DNA of 64,000 bases, taken from positions 416,001-480,000 of the forward strand of contig CAWFFN010000007.1 of assembly GCA_963815115.1 (NCBI GenBank), written 5' to 3'. Origin of the DNA: an uncultured delta proteobacterium. GTDB lineage: Bacteria; Desulfobacterota; Binatia; DP-6. This document shows, one piece after another, positions 10,454 through 21,285 of the stretch; positions within the stretch are counted from its first letter, which is position 1; each line of letters begins with the position of its first letter. A program made the translations under genes and the position numbers. The notes below the pieces were generated by a model. It was not told the DNA's origin. It searched no databases and saw nothing but the letters and a program-made list of their open reading frames with translations.

Positions 10454-11892
10454 AGCCGCACCGCCTCGGCCTGCGGCTTCCCCTTCTTGGGGTTGTGCCC
10501 CAGGATGAACGACACGGTGGCTCCGGGTGCGATCCACGTTCCCCCGTCCTGGCACTGGGTGACGTGGAAGAACAGGCTCTGACCATCCCCGTAGCGCACG
10601 AAGCCGAAACCCTTGTCGGCAAAGAAGCGGTCGACGACGCCCTGGAGGCGCGCCCGTCCGGGCGCATCGACGACGGCGTTGCCGAGGATCTCGAAACCCG
10701 AGGGCAGGGGCGCATCCGCCGCGACCGCGGGCGCCTTCGGTGCGTCGCCGTCGAGTGCCGCCAGCCGGCTGGCGATGTCCATCTCGTCGGGGAACAGGCG
10801 GGAGAGCTGGCGCAGGTGGCTGGCGGCTTCGACCGGGCGACCGACGCGTTCGGCGACCTGGGCGGCGAGGCGCAGGGCCTCCGCGAATCCGCCCTCGCGC
10901 CGGCAGGCGAGGGCCTGCTCCAGCTGCGCGAGCGCGGCGTGCGGGCGGTCGAGCGCCAGATGGAGGCGGGCGAGCTCCAGCCGCACCAGGGGCTCGGCGC
11001 TCTGCGCCTGGCGCAGCGCCTCGGCGAGAGCCGTCGCCGCGGCCCGGTGGTCGTGGGTGACCTCGGTGTGGAGCCGGCCGAGCGCGAGGAAGGCGAAGGC
11101 ACCGCGCGGCAGCTCGGTCGCGTGCCGGTACGCGGCCTCGGCCTGTGCGACGCTGCCGCGCATCTCGTGAACGTGGCCGATGCGCTCCCAGACGTAGCTC
11201 GAGTCGGGGTCGAGGGAGCGCGCCTCCTCGAAGAGCGCGAGGGCGCGGTCGAGATCGCCCCGGCGCGCGAGCAGCTCGCCCTGGCTGGCGAGGATGTGCT
11301 CGGGACGGATGGCTGGTGGCTCCGTGTCGGCGTCCAGGGTGCGGCAGGCGTCGAGCACCTCGGTGGAGGTCTCGAAGTCGCCGAGGTCGCGCATGACGCG
11401 CGAGAGGTGGAAGAGAACCTGCACCTGGACGCCGCGACCACGCGCGCGCTGCTCCTGGCCGGCCTGGTCCCAGCAGGCGCGTGCCCGTTCCAGCGCCTCG
11501 ACGGCCTCGCGCGGACGGTGCAGCTTCTCGAGGCAGTAGCCGCGGCGGAACAGGCAGAGATGATAGGTCGGAAACGAGGAGAGCGCGCGATCGTACCAGC
11601 GCAGCGCCTTCGTCCACTTCTTCTTGCGCTGGAAGTACCAGCCAATCGCACAATGAAAGACCGCGGCACGCCGCGGCGTCAGCTCGGCGCACCGCAGCAG
11701 GTAGCGCTCGACCTTGTCCTCGTTACCGAGCATGCCGAACGCGCGCCCGATCTCGTAGACGAGGTCCGTCGAGTTCCAGGCTTCGCCCTGCGGCAGGTCG
11801 TCCAGCCGGCCGTAGCGCGTCACGATCAGGTGATGCTCACCCCGGGCCGCGAGGGAGCGAACCTCCGCGAGGATCGCGTCCAGCTCGCCCAT
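10444..11892 (-). CDS. TPR-repeat protein with C-terminal cold-shock (OB) domain
   Basis: Multiple TPR-like helices; C-terminal GVVDRFFADKGFGFV..LFFHVT..GKPQAEAV. Confidence 0.85.
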   Translation of the reverse strand: MGELDAILAEVRSLAARGEHHLIVTRYGRLDDLPQGEAWNSTDLVYEIGRAFGMLGNEDKVERYLLRCAELTPRRAAVFHCAIGWYFQRKKKWTKALRWYDRALSSFPTYHLCLFRRGYCLEKLHRPREAVEALERARACWDQAGQEQRARGRGVQVQVLFHLSRVMRDLGDFETSTEVLDACRTLDADTEPPAIRPEHILASQGELLARRGDLDRALALFEEARSLDPDSSYVWERIGHVHEMRGSVAQAEAAYRHATELPRGAFAFLALGRLHTEVTHDHRAAATALAEALRQAQSAEPLVRLELARLHLALDRPHAALAQLEQALACRREGGFAEALRLAAQVAERVGRPVEAASHLRQLSRLFPDEMDIASRLAALDGDAPKAPAVAADAPLPSGFEILGNAVVDAPGRARLQGVVDRFFADKGFGFVRYGDGQSLFFHVTQCQDGGTWIAPGATVSFILGHNPKKGKPQAEAVRLQE

Positions 11893-12056
11893 CCATGTGT
11901 TCCCCTCACCCGGCCGGCCCCCCAGCCGGCTAGCCGCTGCGGGCGGACCCTCGACCTCCCAGACAGCGAACGCCGTTGCTGATTCCTCTAGGGCCTCGCG
12001 TGCTCAAAATCAAGGCGAGCGACATTCCAAGCTTTCAACGAGCCCCCCGCCACACC

Positions 12057-12746
12057 TCACCAGGCGGGCACGAGGCACCCCTCGGTCGGGCGCTCGCCCA
12101 GGATCCGCACGCGGCGTCCCTCGACGACGAGACGACCCTCGGCGAAGAGCTGAATCGCCGCCGGATAGATCGTGTGCTCGATATCGAGGACTCGCCGTGT
12201 CAGCGAGTCCTCGGTGTCGTCGGGCCCGACCACCGTCGCGCCCTGCAGGATGATGGGACCGTGATCCGCCTGCTCGTCCACGAAGTGCACCGTGGCGCCG
12301 GCGATGCGCACGCCGTGCTCCAGCGCCTGGCGCTGGGCGTGAAGACCCGGAAAGGCGGGCAGCAGGGCGGGATGAATGTTGACAACTCGGCTCGGGAAGG
12401 CCTCGAGCAGCACTCGAGTCACGATGCGATCGAAGCCGGCGAGGACCACCAGCTCGACGCCCGCCGTCCGCAGGGCCTCGACCAGCGCCGCATCGAAGGC
12501 CTCGCGACCCGCGAAGGTGCGGTGGTCGATCACTCGGGTCGCCACACCGGCCCCGCGGGCGCGCTCGAGACCCGCCGCCTGCTCGCGATTCGAGATCACC
12601 ACCGACACGCGGCAGGCGAGGGTGCCGTCGGCGACACGATCGAGGATCGCCTGCAGGTTGGTGCCCGTCCCAGAGATCAGGACGCCGGCGGTGAGCACGA
12701 CGGCTTCCTTAGCGCTCCGCCGCTTCGCCCACAAGGCGCGGCTCAC
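12057..12746 (-). CDS. purN: Phosphoribosylglycinamide formyltransferase
   Basis: GVLISGTGTNLQAI, NIHPALLPAFPG, GATVHFV..DHGPII. Confidence 0.95.
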   Translation of the reverse strand: MSRALWAKRRSAKEAVVLTAGVLISGTGTNLQAILDRVADGTLACRVSVVISNREQAAGLERARGAGVATRVIDHRTFAGREAFDAALVEALRTAGVELVVLAGFDRIVTRVLLEAFPSRVVNIHPALLPAFPGLHAQRQALEHGVRIAGATVHFVDEQADHGPIILQGATVVGPDDTEDSLTRRVLDIEHTIYPAAIQLFAEGRLVVEGRRVRILGERPTEGCLVPAW

Positions 12747-13462
12747 GCCGTCCGTCCGACCGTGTAGACGTCGACGCGCGAGGCGCCGGCGGCGAGCAGC
12801 GCGCGGGCACACGCGTCCGCCGTCGCACCGGTGGTGAGCACGTCGTCGACGAGAACCACCGGCCGGCCCGCGAGAGCCGGCCCGGGTCGGACCCGGAAGA
12901 CGTCGCGGACGTTGTTGCGTCGTGCCTCGGCTCCGAGTCCTGCGTGCTCGCTCGTGGGTCGCACGCGCGCCAGCAGGCGCGGAGCGAGGGCCAGTCCGCG
13001 GCGGCGCGCGAGGCCGCGCGCGAGGAGCAGCGCCTGGTTGAAGCCGCGTGCGCGGAGCCGGGTGGCATGGAGTGGAACCGGACACAGGATCGCGTCGTCA
13101 CCGAACGGATAGTGCGACGCCAGCAGCTCGGCGAGCGGTCCGGCCAGGCTGCGGTCGCCGTGATACTTGAGCGCCTGCACGGTGCGGGCGAGCACGTTGG
13201 CGCCGGCCGTGCCGGCGCGATAGGGGCCGAGGGCCCGGGCGCTGGCGAACGCCGGTGGACGGCGGACGCATGCCGCGCAGACGAGGGCCGGAGGTGTGAC
13301 GGTTGCCCCGCAGCGCGCGCAGCGCGGGCCGGACGGTACCGCGATGACGGACCGGCATGCCGGGCAGAGCGCGGACGGCGCCCCGAGCGCGAGTGGCGTC
13401 CCGCACGGAGGACACGCGCGTGGAAGGAGACAGTCGAGCGCCAACCGAGCCCACGACCTCAC
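12743..13462 (-). CDS. comF: ComF family protein
   Basis: Double zinc ribbon, PVPLH..RGFNQA, LVDDVLTTGAT. Confidence 0.93.
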   Translation of the reverse strand: MRSWARLALDCLLPRACPPCGTPLALGAPSALCPACRSVIAVPSGPRCARCGATVTPPALVCAACVRRPPAFASARALGPYRAGTAGANVLARTVQALKYHGDRSLAGPLAELLASHYPFGDDAILCPVPLHATRLRARGFNQALLLARGLARRRGLALAPRLLARVRPTSEHAGLGAEARRNNVRDVFRVRPGPALAGRPVVLVDDVLTTGATADACARALLAAGASRVDVYTVGRTA

Positions 13463-13567
13463 CGCCAACCTCCCCGGGCGGGGCGCCCGCAGGGTGCCGC
13501 CCGGGGCCGGGCGACGCAAGCGGCAACGGGCTTTACAACCCCGGTCGGTCCGCTTACCTTGCCCGCC

Positions 13568-14020
13568 GTGCCGGTCACCGAGGAGCAGCTCGCGCGTGAT
13601 CTCACCGCGGCGATGAAGGCGCGGGACACGCGGCGCCTCGAGGTGCTGCGCGGGGTGGTGGCAGCTGCCAAGCTGGTCAAGGTCGAGCGCCGGGTCACCG
13701 CGCTCGAGGAGGCCGATCTCGTGCAGGTCCTCCGGCGCGAGCTGCGGAAGCGGGAAGAGGCGGAGGAGTTCGCGCTCAAGGCCGGCCGCACGGACCTGGT
13801 CACGCAGAACCGCACCGAGCGTTCGATCCTGGAAGCGTACGTGCCGGCGCAGCTCGGACCCGCCGAGCTCGAGGAGGCGATCCGCGCCGCGATCGCGGAC
13901 GGGACGCCGCGGCAGCTCGGAGCCCTGATGAGCGCGCTGCGCGAGCGCCACGCGGGACGCTTCGACGGCAAGAGCGCCAGCGAGCTGGCGCGCCGGATCA
14001 TCGCCGAGCCCGCGACCTGA
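13568..14020 (+). CDS. GatB/YqeY domain protein
   Basis: DLTAAMKARD..YVPAQL..GRFDGK. Confidence 0.9.
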   Translation: MPVTEEQLARDLTAAMKARDTRRLEVLRGVVAAAKLVKVERRVTALEEADLVQVLRRELRKREEAEEFALKAGRTDLVTQNRTERSILEAYVPAQLGPAELEEAIRAAIADGTPRQLGALMSALRERHAGRFDGKSASELARRIIAEPAT

Positions 14021-14029
14021 GGACCGTCC

Positions 14030-14524
14030 ATGGATCTCCCCGTCCTCGGCAAGCTCAAGAAGGAGCTGGCGGATCTCAAGTACGAGCTCACCTTCGAGCT
14101 GCCCAAGGAGCTCGGAGCGGCCGCCGCGCACGGCGACCTGTCGGAGAACGCCGAGTACGAGGCGGCGAAGCATCGCCAGGACTTCGTGCGCTCGCGGATC
14201 GCGCAGATCGAGGGCAGGATCCGGGAGCTCTCGATGTACACCGTCGCCTCGATCCCGCAGGGCGTGGTCGGCTACGGGAGCCGGGTGAAGCTGGTGGACG
14301 CCGACGGCGACGTCGACGCCCTGGTCGCCTACCAGATCGTCTTCCCGGAGGAGGTCGACGCCGGCCGGGGCTACATCTCGCTGTCGTCACCGATCGGTCG
14401 CGCGCTCATGAGCAAGACGGTCGGCGACGAGGTCGAGGTCCAGACGCCCGGCGGGCGGCGAACCTACCAGATCGTGGAGCTGCTCACGTTCCACGAGCTG
14501 CGCGAACGAGACCAGCGGAGCTGA
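14030..14524 (+). CDS. greA: Transcription elongation factor GreA/GreB family
   Basis: HGDLSENAEYEAAK, ISLSSPIGRAL. Confidence 0.92.
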   Translation: MDLPVLGKLKKELADLKYELTFELPKELGAAAAHGDLSENAEYEAAKHRQDFVRSRIAQIEGRIRELSMYTVASIPQGVVGYGSRVKLVDADGDVDALVAYQIVFPEEVDAGRGYISLSSPIGRALMSKTVGDEVEVQTPGGRRTYQIVELLTFHELRERDQRS

Positions 14525-14529
14525 TCGGC

Positions 14530-15513
14530 TCACGCCGGCAGCGCGTCACGCAGGCGGCGCGCGGCCTCCTCGGGTGCAACGGGATTGGAGAAGATGCCCG
14601 TCGCCCACTCCATGCCGAGCTCGTGGCCGAGGTGCGGCACCAGCTCCCAGTGCCAGTGGAACTCGGCCTGGTCCCCGCCGTCGAGTGCCCCGCTGTGCAG
14701 CGCGACGCTGTAGGCGGGATCGTCACAGGCCTTGCCGAGCCGTCCCAGGGTGTCGACCAGCAGCTCCGCCAGCGGCGTGAGCTCCACATCCGGGACCGCG
14801 CCGAAGTCGGCGCCGTGGGTCAGCGGGCTGATCCACGTCTCGTACGGATAGGCGGAGGCGAAGGGCGTGAAGCTCGCGAAGTCGCCGCGCTGAGCGATCA
14901 CGCGCTCCCGAGTTCGCATCGTCTCCGCCAGCTGATCGCAGAAGGCGCAGCGCTCCTTGTGGCGGAAGTACTCGCGGGCGCCCGACAGCTCCTCCTCGAT
15001 GCGTTTCGGCGTGAACGGGGTGGCGATGACGTGCGAGTGGGCATGCTGGTAGCGGCTCCACACCGCGCCGCGGTTCTTCAGCACCAGCACGTAGCGGAAG
15101 CGGGGATCGCGGCGCAGGTCCGAGAGGCGATCCCGGTACGTCGCGAGCAGCCGAACCATCTGTGGCACCGGGAGCTCCGCCCACGTCTGGGCGTGGTCCG
15201 GCGTATCGGTCACCAGCTCGTGCGCGCCGATCGCGTTCATGAGGTCGAACATGCCGGCGCCGCGGGGTCCGAGCTGTCCCTCGATACGGAGCAGCGGATG
15301 CCGATCGGGCGTGACGCGCACGCGCCAGTCGGCTCCGTGCTCGACGCGGGCGATCTCCACCGGGTTGAGGTGCTCGTTGCCGGGGCAGAAGGGACAGGGT
15401 CCCGGCGCCTCGACCCGCGGGCCGCCGCCCCGACGCGGCGACAGATCGCCCGTTCGTTCAGGGGCGATGATCACCCAGCGTCGCAGGATGGGATCGCGTC
15501 GGAGCTCGGACAC
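14530..15513 (-). CDS. GalT-like galactose-1-phosphate uridylyltransferase family protein
   Basis: SELRRDP..WVIIAPER, CPFCPGNE, HAHSH, HWHWEL. Confidence 0.88.
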   Translation of the reverse strand: MSELRRDPILRRWVIIAPERTGDLSPRRGGGPRVEAPGPCPFCPGNEHLNPVEIARVEHGADWRVRVTPDRHPLLRIEGQLGPRGAGMFDLMNAIGAHELVTDTPDHAQTWAELPVPQMVRLLATYRDRLSDLRRDPRFRYVLVLKNRGAVWSRYQHAHSHVIATPFTPKRIEEELSGAREYFRHKERCAFCDQLAETMRTRERVIAQRGDFASFTPFASAYPYETWISPLTHGADFGAVPDVELTPLAELLVDTLGRLGKACDDPAYSVALHSGALDGGDQAEFHWHWELVPHLGHELGMEWATGIFSNPVAPEEAARRLRDALPA

Positions 15514-15677
15514 GCCGTTGGCCGCCGCCCGCGAGGGCAGGCACGGGGCTTCATAGCCGTTCCGGTGTGCGCGCGCCAGGGAGTATGACGCGGGGAACTC
15601 ACTTCGGAGCGCCGCGTTGCGGGTCCAGGACCCCCATGGTATACGGCATGGGTTCCCGGCTTTACCTGACCGAGTTG

Positions 15678-15700
15678 AAGTGGGCCCTGGCCCACTTTTT
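15678..15700 (+). promoter_or_regulatory. rimP-leader hairpin with T tract
   Basis: AAGTGGGCC-CT-GGCCCACTT-TTT immediately upstream of the rimP RBS. Confidence 0.7.
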
Positions 15701-15713
15701 CGTTTGTAAGGAG

Positions 15714-16223
15714 ATGAATTCGATGGATCGGGCCACGGTTACCCGGCGCGTCTGGGAGCTGTCGGAGCCCGTCGCCTCGGCGGCGGGCCTCGAGCTCGTC
15801 GACGTCCAGTACCGGCCCGAGGGCGGCAGGCTGATCCTGCGGTTGCTCATCGATCGTCCCGAGGGAGGCGTCACGCTCGACGAGCTGGCGCGCATCTCGC
15901 GCGAGCTGGGCGACGTCATCGACGCGCACGAGGCCGTGGCCGGGCGCTATCACCTCGAGTGCTCGTCTCCGGGCGTCAATCGACCGCTGGTCCGCCCCGA
16001 GCACTTTCGCCGCGCGGTCGGCAAGCGCGTCGACGTGCGCACGCACGAGCCCCACGCGGGGCGGCGGCAGTTCCATGGCGTGCTCGAAACCGTCGGCGAC
16101 GACGCCATCACCGTCCACGATCCCGACGCGGGCATCGTGTCCTTCGCCCTGGACTCGATCGAGCGGGCGAGCATCCAGTTCGAGTTCCCCCGGCCGGCGC
16201 GCCCACCGCACGTCCACGCGTGA
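15714..16223 (+). CDS. rimP: Ribosome maturation factor RimP
   Basis: GLELVDV, LRLLID..GVTLDE, YHLECSSPGVNRPL. Confidence 0.95.
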   Translation: MNSMDRATVTRRVWELSEPVASAAGLELVDVQYRPEGGRLILRLLIDRPEGGVTLDELARISRELGDVIDAHEAVAGRYHLECSSPGVNRPLVRPEHFRRAVGKRVDVRTHEPHAGRRQFHGVLETVGDDAITVHDPDAGIVSFALDSIERASIQFEFPRPARPPHVHA

Positions 16224-16237
16224 GGCAGGAGACCAGC

Positions 16238-17584
16238 ATGCTGCCGGATCTGAACCGCGTCATCGAGCAGGTGAGCAAGGAGAAGGGCATCGATCGACAG
16301 ATCATCGTCGAGGCCCTGAAGGACGCCATGCTGTCGGCGGCCAAGCGCACCTACGGAGCCGAGAAGAGAATCGAGGCGCAGTGGAACTCCGAGATCGGCG
16401 AGGTCGAGCTCTTCGAGATCCGCACGGTGGTCGATCAGGTGCAGGACGCGGAGAACGAGGTGACGCTCGCCGAGGCGCGCCGCGGCATGGATCCGGAAGC
16501 CGAGATCGGCGACGAGCTGCTTGCCAAGCTGCCGCCGGAGAAGTTCGGCCGCATCGCCGCCCAGGCGGCGAAGCAGAACATCATCCAGCGCGTCCGCGAT
16601 GCCGAGCGCGACAGCATCTTCAAGGAGTTCAAGACCCGCAAGGGCGAGCTCGCGACCGGGACGGTGCAGCGCTTCGAGAAGAAGAACATCATCGTCAACC
16701 TCGGACGCGCCGATGCCATCCTGCCGGAGAAGGAGCAGATCCCCCGCGAGCGCTACCGGCAGGGCGACCGCATCCGCGCCTACATCGTCGACGTCGAGCT
16801 CTCGAGCCGGGGCCCGCAGATCATCCTGTCGCGGACCCATCCGGGGCTCCTGATCGAGCTCTTCCGCCAGGAGGTGCCGGAGATCTACGAAGGCATCGTC
16901 GAGGTGAAGGGCGCGGCGCGCGAGCCGGGCGGCCGGGCCAAGATCGCGGTCACGTCGCACGACCGCGACGTCGACCCGGTCGGCGCCTGCGTCGGCATGC
17001 AGGGAACGCGCGTGCAGGCGGTGGTGCAGGAGCTGCGCAACGAGAAGATCGACATCGTCGACTGGACGGCCGATCCCGCGGAGTACGTCTGCCGCGCGCT
17101 CGCGCCCGCCAAGGTCTCGCGCATCATCCTCGACGAGGACGAGCACGCCATGGAGGTGATCGTTCCCGACGACCAGCTCTCGCTCGCCATCGGCAAGAAG
17201 GGGCAGAACGTCCGCCTGGCGTCGCGCCTGACGACCTGGAAGCTCGACGTGCGCAGCGAGTCCGAGGCCGAGGACGAGGCGCGCCGCGCGCGCGCGTCGC
17301 TGACGGCCATCCCCGAGCTGGGCGACGTCACCGCCGAGCTGCTCTACCAGTATGGCTTCAAGTCGGCCGAGGACCTGGCGGCGTCCGACGAGGACACCGT
17401 GGCCGAGGTCGACGGGATCGGACCGGAGCGGGCGACGGGCATCCTCACCGCGGCGCGCGAGCACGTCGCCAGGCAGCAGGCGGCGGCGGAAGCTGCCGCG
17501 GCCGCCGCGGCGGCCGAGGCCGCCGCCGCTGCCGCCGAACCACCGCCCCCGCTTCCCGAAGCGAAGGAGGAGGGAGCCGGGTGA
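16238..17584 (+). CDS. nusA: Transcription termination factor NusA
   Basis: [44 protein letters not shown]. Confidence 0.98.
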   Translation: MLPDLNRVIEQVSKEKGIDRQIIVEALKDAMLSAAKRTYGAEKRIEAQWNSEIGEVELFEIRTVVDQVQDAENEVTLAEARRGMDPEAEIGDELLAKLPPEKFGRIAAQAAKQNIIQRVRDAERDSIFKEFKTRKGELATGTVQRFEKKNIIVNLGRADAILPEKEQIPRERYRQGDRIRAYIVDVELSSRGPQIILSRTHPGLLIELFRQEVPEIYEGIVEVKGAAREPGGRAKIAVTSHDRDVDPVGACVGMQGTRVQAVVQELRNEKIDIVDWTADPAEYVCRALAPAKVSRIILDEDEHAMEVIVPDDQLSLAIGKKGQNVRLASRLTTWKLDVRSESEAEDEARRARASLTAIPELGDVTAELLYQYGFKSAEDLAASDEDTVAEVDGIGPERATGILTAAREHVARQQAAAEAAAAAAAAEAAAAAAEPPPPLPEAKEEGAG

Positions 17585-17847
17585 GGACCCCGATCCGCAC
17601 CTGCGTCGGATGCGGCGCCCGGGCGCCACAGGGAGACCTGGTGCGCTTCGTGGCGGTCGCGGACGCGCTGGCGCTGGACGAACGCCGGCGCCTCCCCGGG
17701 CGCGGCGCCTATCTCCACCGCGAGCCAGCGTGCTGGACGGCCTTGTTGCGGCGCCGTGGCGCCGTGCGCTCGCTGCGGGCAACGCCGAGCCGCGGCGCGC
17801 GCGAAGCCTTGCTGGAGACGCTCGCGGCGAGCGTCGAGGCACGCTGA
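17581..17847 (+). CDS. ylxR: YlxR family RNA-binding protein
   Basis: [14 protein letters not shown]; between nusA and infB. Confidence 0.9.
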   Translation: MRTPIRTCVGCGARAPQGDLVRFVAVADALALDERRRLPGRGAYLHREPACWTALLRRRGAVRSLRATPSRGAREALLETLAASVEAR

Positions 17848-17855
17848 GGACGTCG

Positions 17856-20591
17856 ATGTCGAAGCGCATGCACGAGCTGGCGAAGGAATGGGGCCACAAC
17901 CCCAAGGATCTGATCGCGGTGGCCGAGCGCCTCGGTATCCGCGGCAAGCGCTCGCAGAGCGCGCTCACCGACGAAGAGGTCACCAGGCTACGCGACGGGC
18001 TCGGCCTGGCGCAGCGGCCGGTGGTCACGCTGGGTTCCGAGCGAGTCGTCGCCGAGCGCGTGGTCACGCAGCGTGACTCGGGCGCGGATCAGCTGGTGAC
18101 CGCCATCGAGCAGACCACCGAGACGCGGCTGCGGGCGAATGTCATCCGCCGCCGCACGGCACGCGAGGTGCTGAAGCGCGAGGAGCTTCCACCCACCATG
18201 ACGGACGCGGAGCCGAGCGCGTCGGACATCCCGCCGTCGCTCGACTTCGAGCCCGACATCCCGCCGCCGCTTCCCGAGTCGCCACCGCCGGCAGCCGATC
18301 ACGAGCCCGTCGAGGCGCCGCTGGACGTCCCGCCGGTCGAGGCGTCGCCCGAGTCCACCGCGAGCGCATCGGCAGAGCCGGCAGTAGCCCCGTCGCCGCC
18401 GGCCTCGGCGCCCAGCAGCAACGCTCCCGCGCGGCCGGCTGCGCCGCAGACCGCGGCGCCCGGCGGAGTGCCCGGAGCGGTGCCGCCTCCGGGCTTCGAG
18501 CAGATGCGGGCCGTCAAGGTGCTGGGCAAGATCGACTTGCGCAAGGCGGCTCCGCCGCCCGGTCCGGGACCGGGGTGGCGTCCCGCCGGCGATGCCCCGG
18601 CGGGGGCCGCGCCTGCCGGAGCGGCTGACGGTGCGCCCAAGAAGAAGAAGGGGCGCAAGGTCATCAGCAAGCCCGACCAGTCGAGCCTGATGGAGCGGGA
18701 CTTCAAACGCGGTGGCTCGCGGCCCCAGAAGCGCAGAGCGCTCCCCGGCAAGGAACAGCGGAAGACCGAGATCACCGTGCCGCGCGCCTCGAAGCGTGTC
18801 ATCCGGATCTCCGAGATGATCACGGTGGGCGACCTCGCCAGGGCGATGGGCGTGAAGGCCGGCGAGGTGCTCAAGAAGCTCATGGACATGGGCATGATGG
18901 CGACGATCAACCAGATGCTCGACCACGACACCGCGGTGCTGCTCGCCGGGGAGTTCGAGTATCAGGTCGAGAACGTCGCCTTCGACGTCGAGCAGGCGCT
19001 CGAGACGGAGCAGGAAGGCGGGGCCGGCGGCGAGATGCTCCCGCGCGCGCCCGTGATCACGATGATGGGGCACGTCGACCACGGCAAGACGTCGCTCCTC
19101 GACGCGATCCGGGCCACCAACGTTGCCGAGGGCGAGGCGGGCGGCATCACGCAGCACATCGGCGCCTACACCGTCGACGTGCGCGGGCGCCAGGTCACCT
19201 TCCTCGACACCCCTGGCCACGAGGCCTTCACGGCCATGCGCGCCCGCGGGGCCAAGGTGACCGACCTCGTGGTGCTGGTCGTCGCCGCCGACGACGGAGT
19301 CATGCCGCAGACCCGCGAGGCCATCGACCACGCGCGCGCTGCCGAGGTGCCGATCATCGTCGCCGTCAACAAGATCGACAAGCCCGACGCCAACCCGGAG
19401 CGCGTCAAGCAAGAGCTCGGCAACTTCGGTCTCGCGCCGGAGGACTGGGGCGGCGACACCATCGTCGTGCCGGTGTCGGCCAAGACCAAGGAGGGGATCG
19501 AGCAGCTGCTCGAGATGATCCTGCTCCAGGCCGACATCCTCGAGCTGAAGGCCAACCCGAAGCGCCTCGCCAAGGGCACGATCGTCGAGGCGCGGCTCGA
19601 CCGGGGTCGCGGACCCGTCGCGACCGTCCTGGTCCAGGAAGGCACGCTCAAGGTCGGCGATCCCTTCGTCTGCGGCACGGAGTACGGCCGCATCCGGGCG
19701 ATGATGGACGACAAGGGCAACCGCATCGAGTCCGCGGGGCCGTCGACGCCGGTCGAGATCCTCGGTCTCGGCGGCGTGCCCGAGGCGGGCGACATCTTCG
19801 TCGCCGTGCAGGACGACGCCAAGGCGCGTCAGGTCGCCGAGCACCGGCGCGGCAAGCAGCGCGACGCGGAGATGGCCAAGACGGCGAAGGTCTCCCTGGA
19901 CGACCTCTACCAGCAGATCCAGAGCGGCGAGGTGCGCGAGCTGAAGGTGGTGATCAAGACCGACGTGCAGGGATCGGTCGAGGCCGTCAGCGACGCGCTC
20001 CGGCGGCTGTCGACGGAGGACGTCCGTCTGAACGTCATCCATGGATCGGTCGGCGGCATCACCGAGTCGGACGTGCTCCTGGCGTCGGCGTCCAACGCCG
20101 TCGTGATCGGCTTCAACGTGCGGCCGGAGCCCAAGGCGGCGGCGCTCGCCGAGCGCGAGGGCATCGACATCCGCCTCTACACGGTCATCTACGATGCGCT
20201 GAACGACCTGCGCGACGCGATCGAGGGACTGCTCGAGCCTTCGCTGCAGGAGAAGGTCCTCGGCCGCGCCGAGGTGCGGCAGACCTTCAGCGTGTCGGGG
20301 CAGGGTGTCATCGCGGGGTGCTTCGTCGTCGACGGCAAGCTCGTGCGCGGGGGCAAGGCCCGTCTGCTGCGCGATCACGTGGTGGTGCACGACGGGCGCA
20401 TCGCCAGCCTGAAGCGCTTCAAGGAGGACGCGCGCGAGGTGGCGAGCGGGTACGAGTGCGGCATCGGGCTGGAGGCGTTCCAGGACGTCAAGGTCGGCGA
20501 CATCATCGAGGGCTACGAGGTGGAAGAGGTGGCCCGCCGCCTCGCGCTGCCGCCCGCGCGAAGTCCGCAGGCCGCCGAGCGCCCGGCCTGA
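17856..20591 (+). CDS. infB: Translation initiation factor IF-2
   Basis: [20 protein letters not shown]; Pro/Ala-rich N-terminal linker. Confidence 0.98.
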   Translation: MSKRMHELAKEWGHNPKDLIAVAERLGIRGKRSQSALTDEEVTRLRDGLGLAQRPVVTLGSERVVAERVVTQRDSGADQLVTAIEQTTETRLRANVIRRRTAREVLKREELPPTMTDAEPSASDIPPSLDFEPDIPPPLPESPPPAADHEPVEAPLDVPPVEASPESTASASAEPAVAPSPPASAPSSNAPARPAAPQTAAPGGVPGAVPPPGFEQMRAVKVLGKIDLRKAAPPPGPGPGWRPAGDAPAGAAPAGAADGAPKKKKGRKVISKPDQSSLMERDFKRGGSRPQKRRALPGKEQRKTEITVPRASKRVIRISEMITVGDLARAMGVKAGEVLKKLMDMGMMATINQMLDHDTAVLLAGEFEYQVENVAFDVEQALETEQEGGAGGEMLPRAPVITMMGHVDHGKTSLLDAIRATNVAEGEAGGITQHIGAYTVDVRGRQVTFLDTPGHEAFTAMRARGAKVTDLVVLVVAADDGVMPQTREAIDHARAAEVPIIVAVNKIDKPDANPERVKQELGNFGLAPEDWGGDTIVVPVSAKTKEGIEQLLEMILLQADILELKANPKRLAKGTIVEARLDRGRGPVATVLVQEGTLKVGDPFVCGTEYGRIRAMMDDKGNRIESAGPSTPVEILGLGGVPEAGDIFVAVQDDAKARQVAEHRRGKQRDAEMAKTAKVSLDDLYQQIQSGEVRELKVVIKTDVQGSVEAVSDALRRLSTEDVRLNVIHGSVGGITESDVLLASASNAVVIGFNVRPEPKAAALAEREGIDIRLYTVIYDALNDLRDAIEGLLEPSLQEKVLGRAEVRQTFSVSGQGVIAGCFVVDGKLVRGGKARLLRDHVVVHDGRIASLKRFKEDAREVASGYECGIGLEAFQDVKVGDIIEGYEVEEVARRLALPPARSPQAAERPA

Positions 20592-20612
20592 GCCCGGCGG
20601 GGGCCGCCCCGC

Positions 20613-20900
20613 ATGGTCGTCGGCGTGCTACGCCTCGAGCTGCTGCTGCCCGAGAACCATTCGCTCAAGGGCAAGCGCAGCGTGCTGCGCACCATCAAGG
20701 CGCGCGTCCAGAACACCTTCAACGTGTCGATCGCCGAGTGCGAGGAGCACGATCACTGGCAGCGGACCATCCTCGGCGTGAGCCAGGTCGGGGCCGACCA
20801 GCCGCACGTCGATGCCTGCCTCCGGCAGGTGGTCCAGTTCATCGACCGCCTGCAGCTCGCCGAGCTCGGCGAGGAGCGGGTCGAGTTCCTGCACTACTGA
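20613..20900 (+). CDS. DUF503 family protein
   Basis: HSLKGKRSVL..FNVSIAE; typical position after infB. Confidence 0.9.
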   Translation: MVVGVLRLELLLPENHSLKGKRSVLRTIKARVQNTFNVSIAECEEHDHWQRTILGVSQVGADQPHVDACLRQVVQFIDRLQLAELGEERVEFLHY

Positions 20901-20913
20901 TCCCGAGGAGCCG

Positions 20914-21285
20914 GTGGCAGAGCACCGCAAGGACCGCGTCGCCCATCTGATCCAGGCAGAGCTGGCCCGCCTGTTGCTGCGCGAGGCGCACGATCCGCGC
21001 CTGCAGGCGGTGACCATCACCGCCGTCCGGGTCACGGCCGACCTGCGCGTCGCGCACGTCTACTTCCGCACGCTCACGATCGAGGCGACCCCGCACGAGA
21101 CGGAACGGGCCCTGGCCCGGGCGATGCCGTTCCTGCGCAGCGGACTCGGGCGCACGCTCGGGATGCGCGTGACGCCGGAGCTCCGCTTCGAGTACGACAC
21201 CACGCCGGACAGCGCCCGGCGGGTGGACTCGCTGCTCGACGAGATGCGACGCGAGTCGGAAGAGGACGGCGAGGACGATCAGTGA
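20914..21285 (+). CDS. rbfA: Ribosome-binding factor A
   Basis: RKDRVAHLIQ, DPRL, DLRVAHVY, TPELRFEYD. Confidence 0.95.
   Translation: MAEHRKDRVAHLIQAELARLLLREAHDPRLQAVTITAVRVTADLRVAHVYFRTLTIEATPHETERALARAMPFLRSGLGRTLGMRVTPELRFEYDTTPDSARRVDSLLDEMRRESEEDGEDDQ

Noticed and set aside
18180-18640. Pro/Ala-rich insertion in IF-2
   Set aside because: A variable low-complexity N-terminal linker is normal for IF-2.
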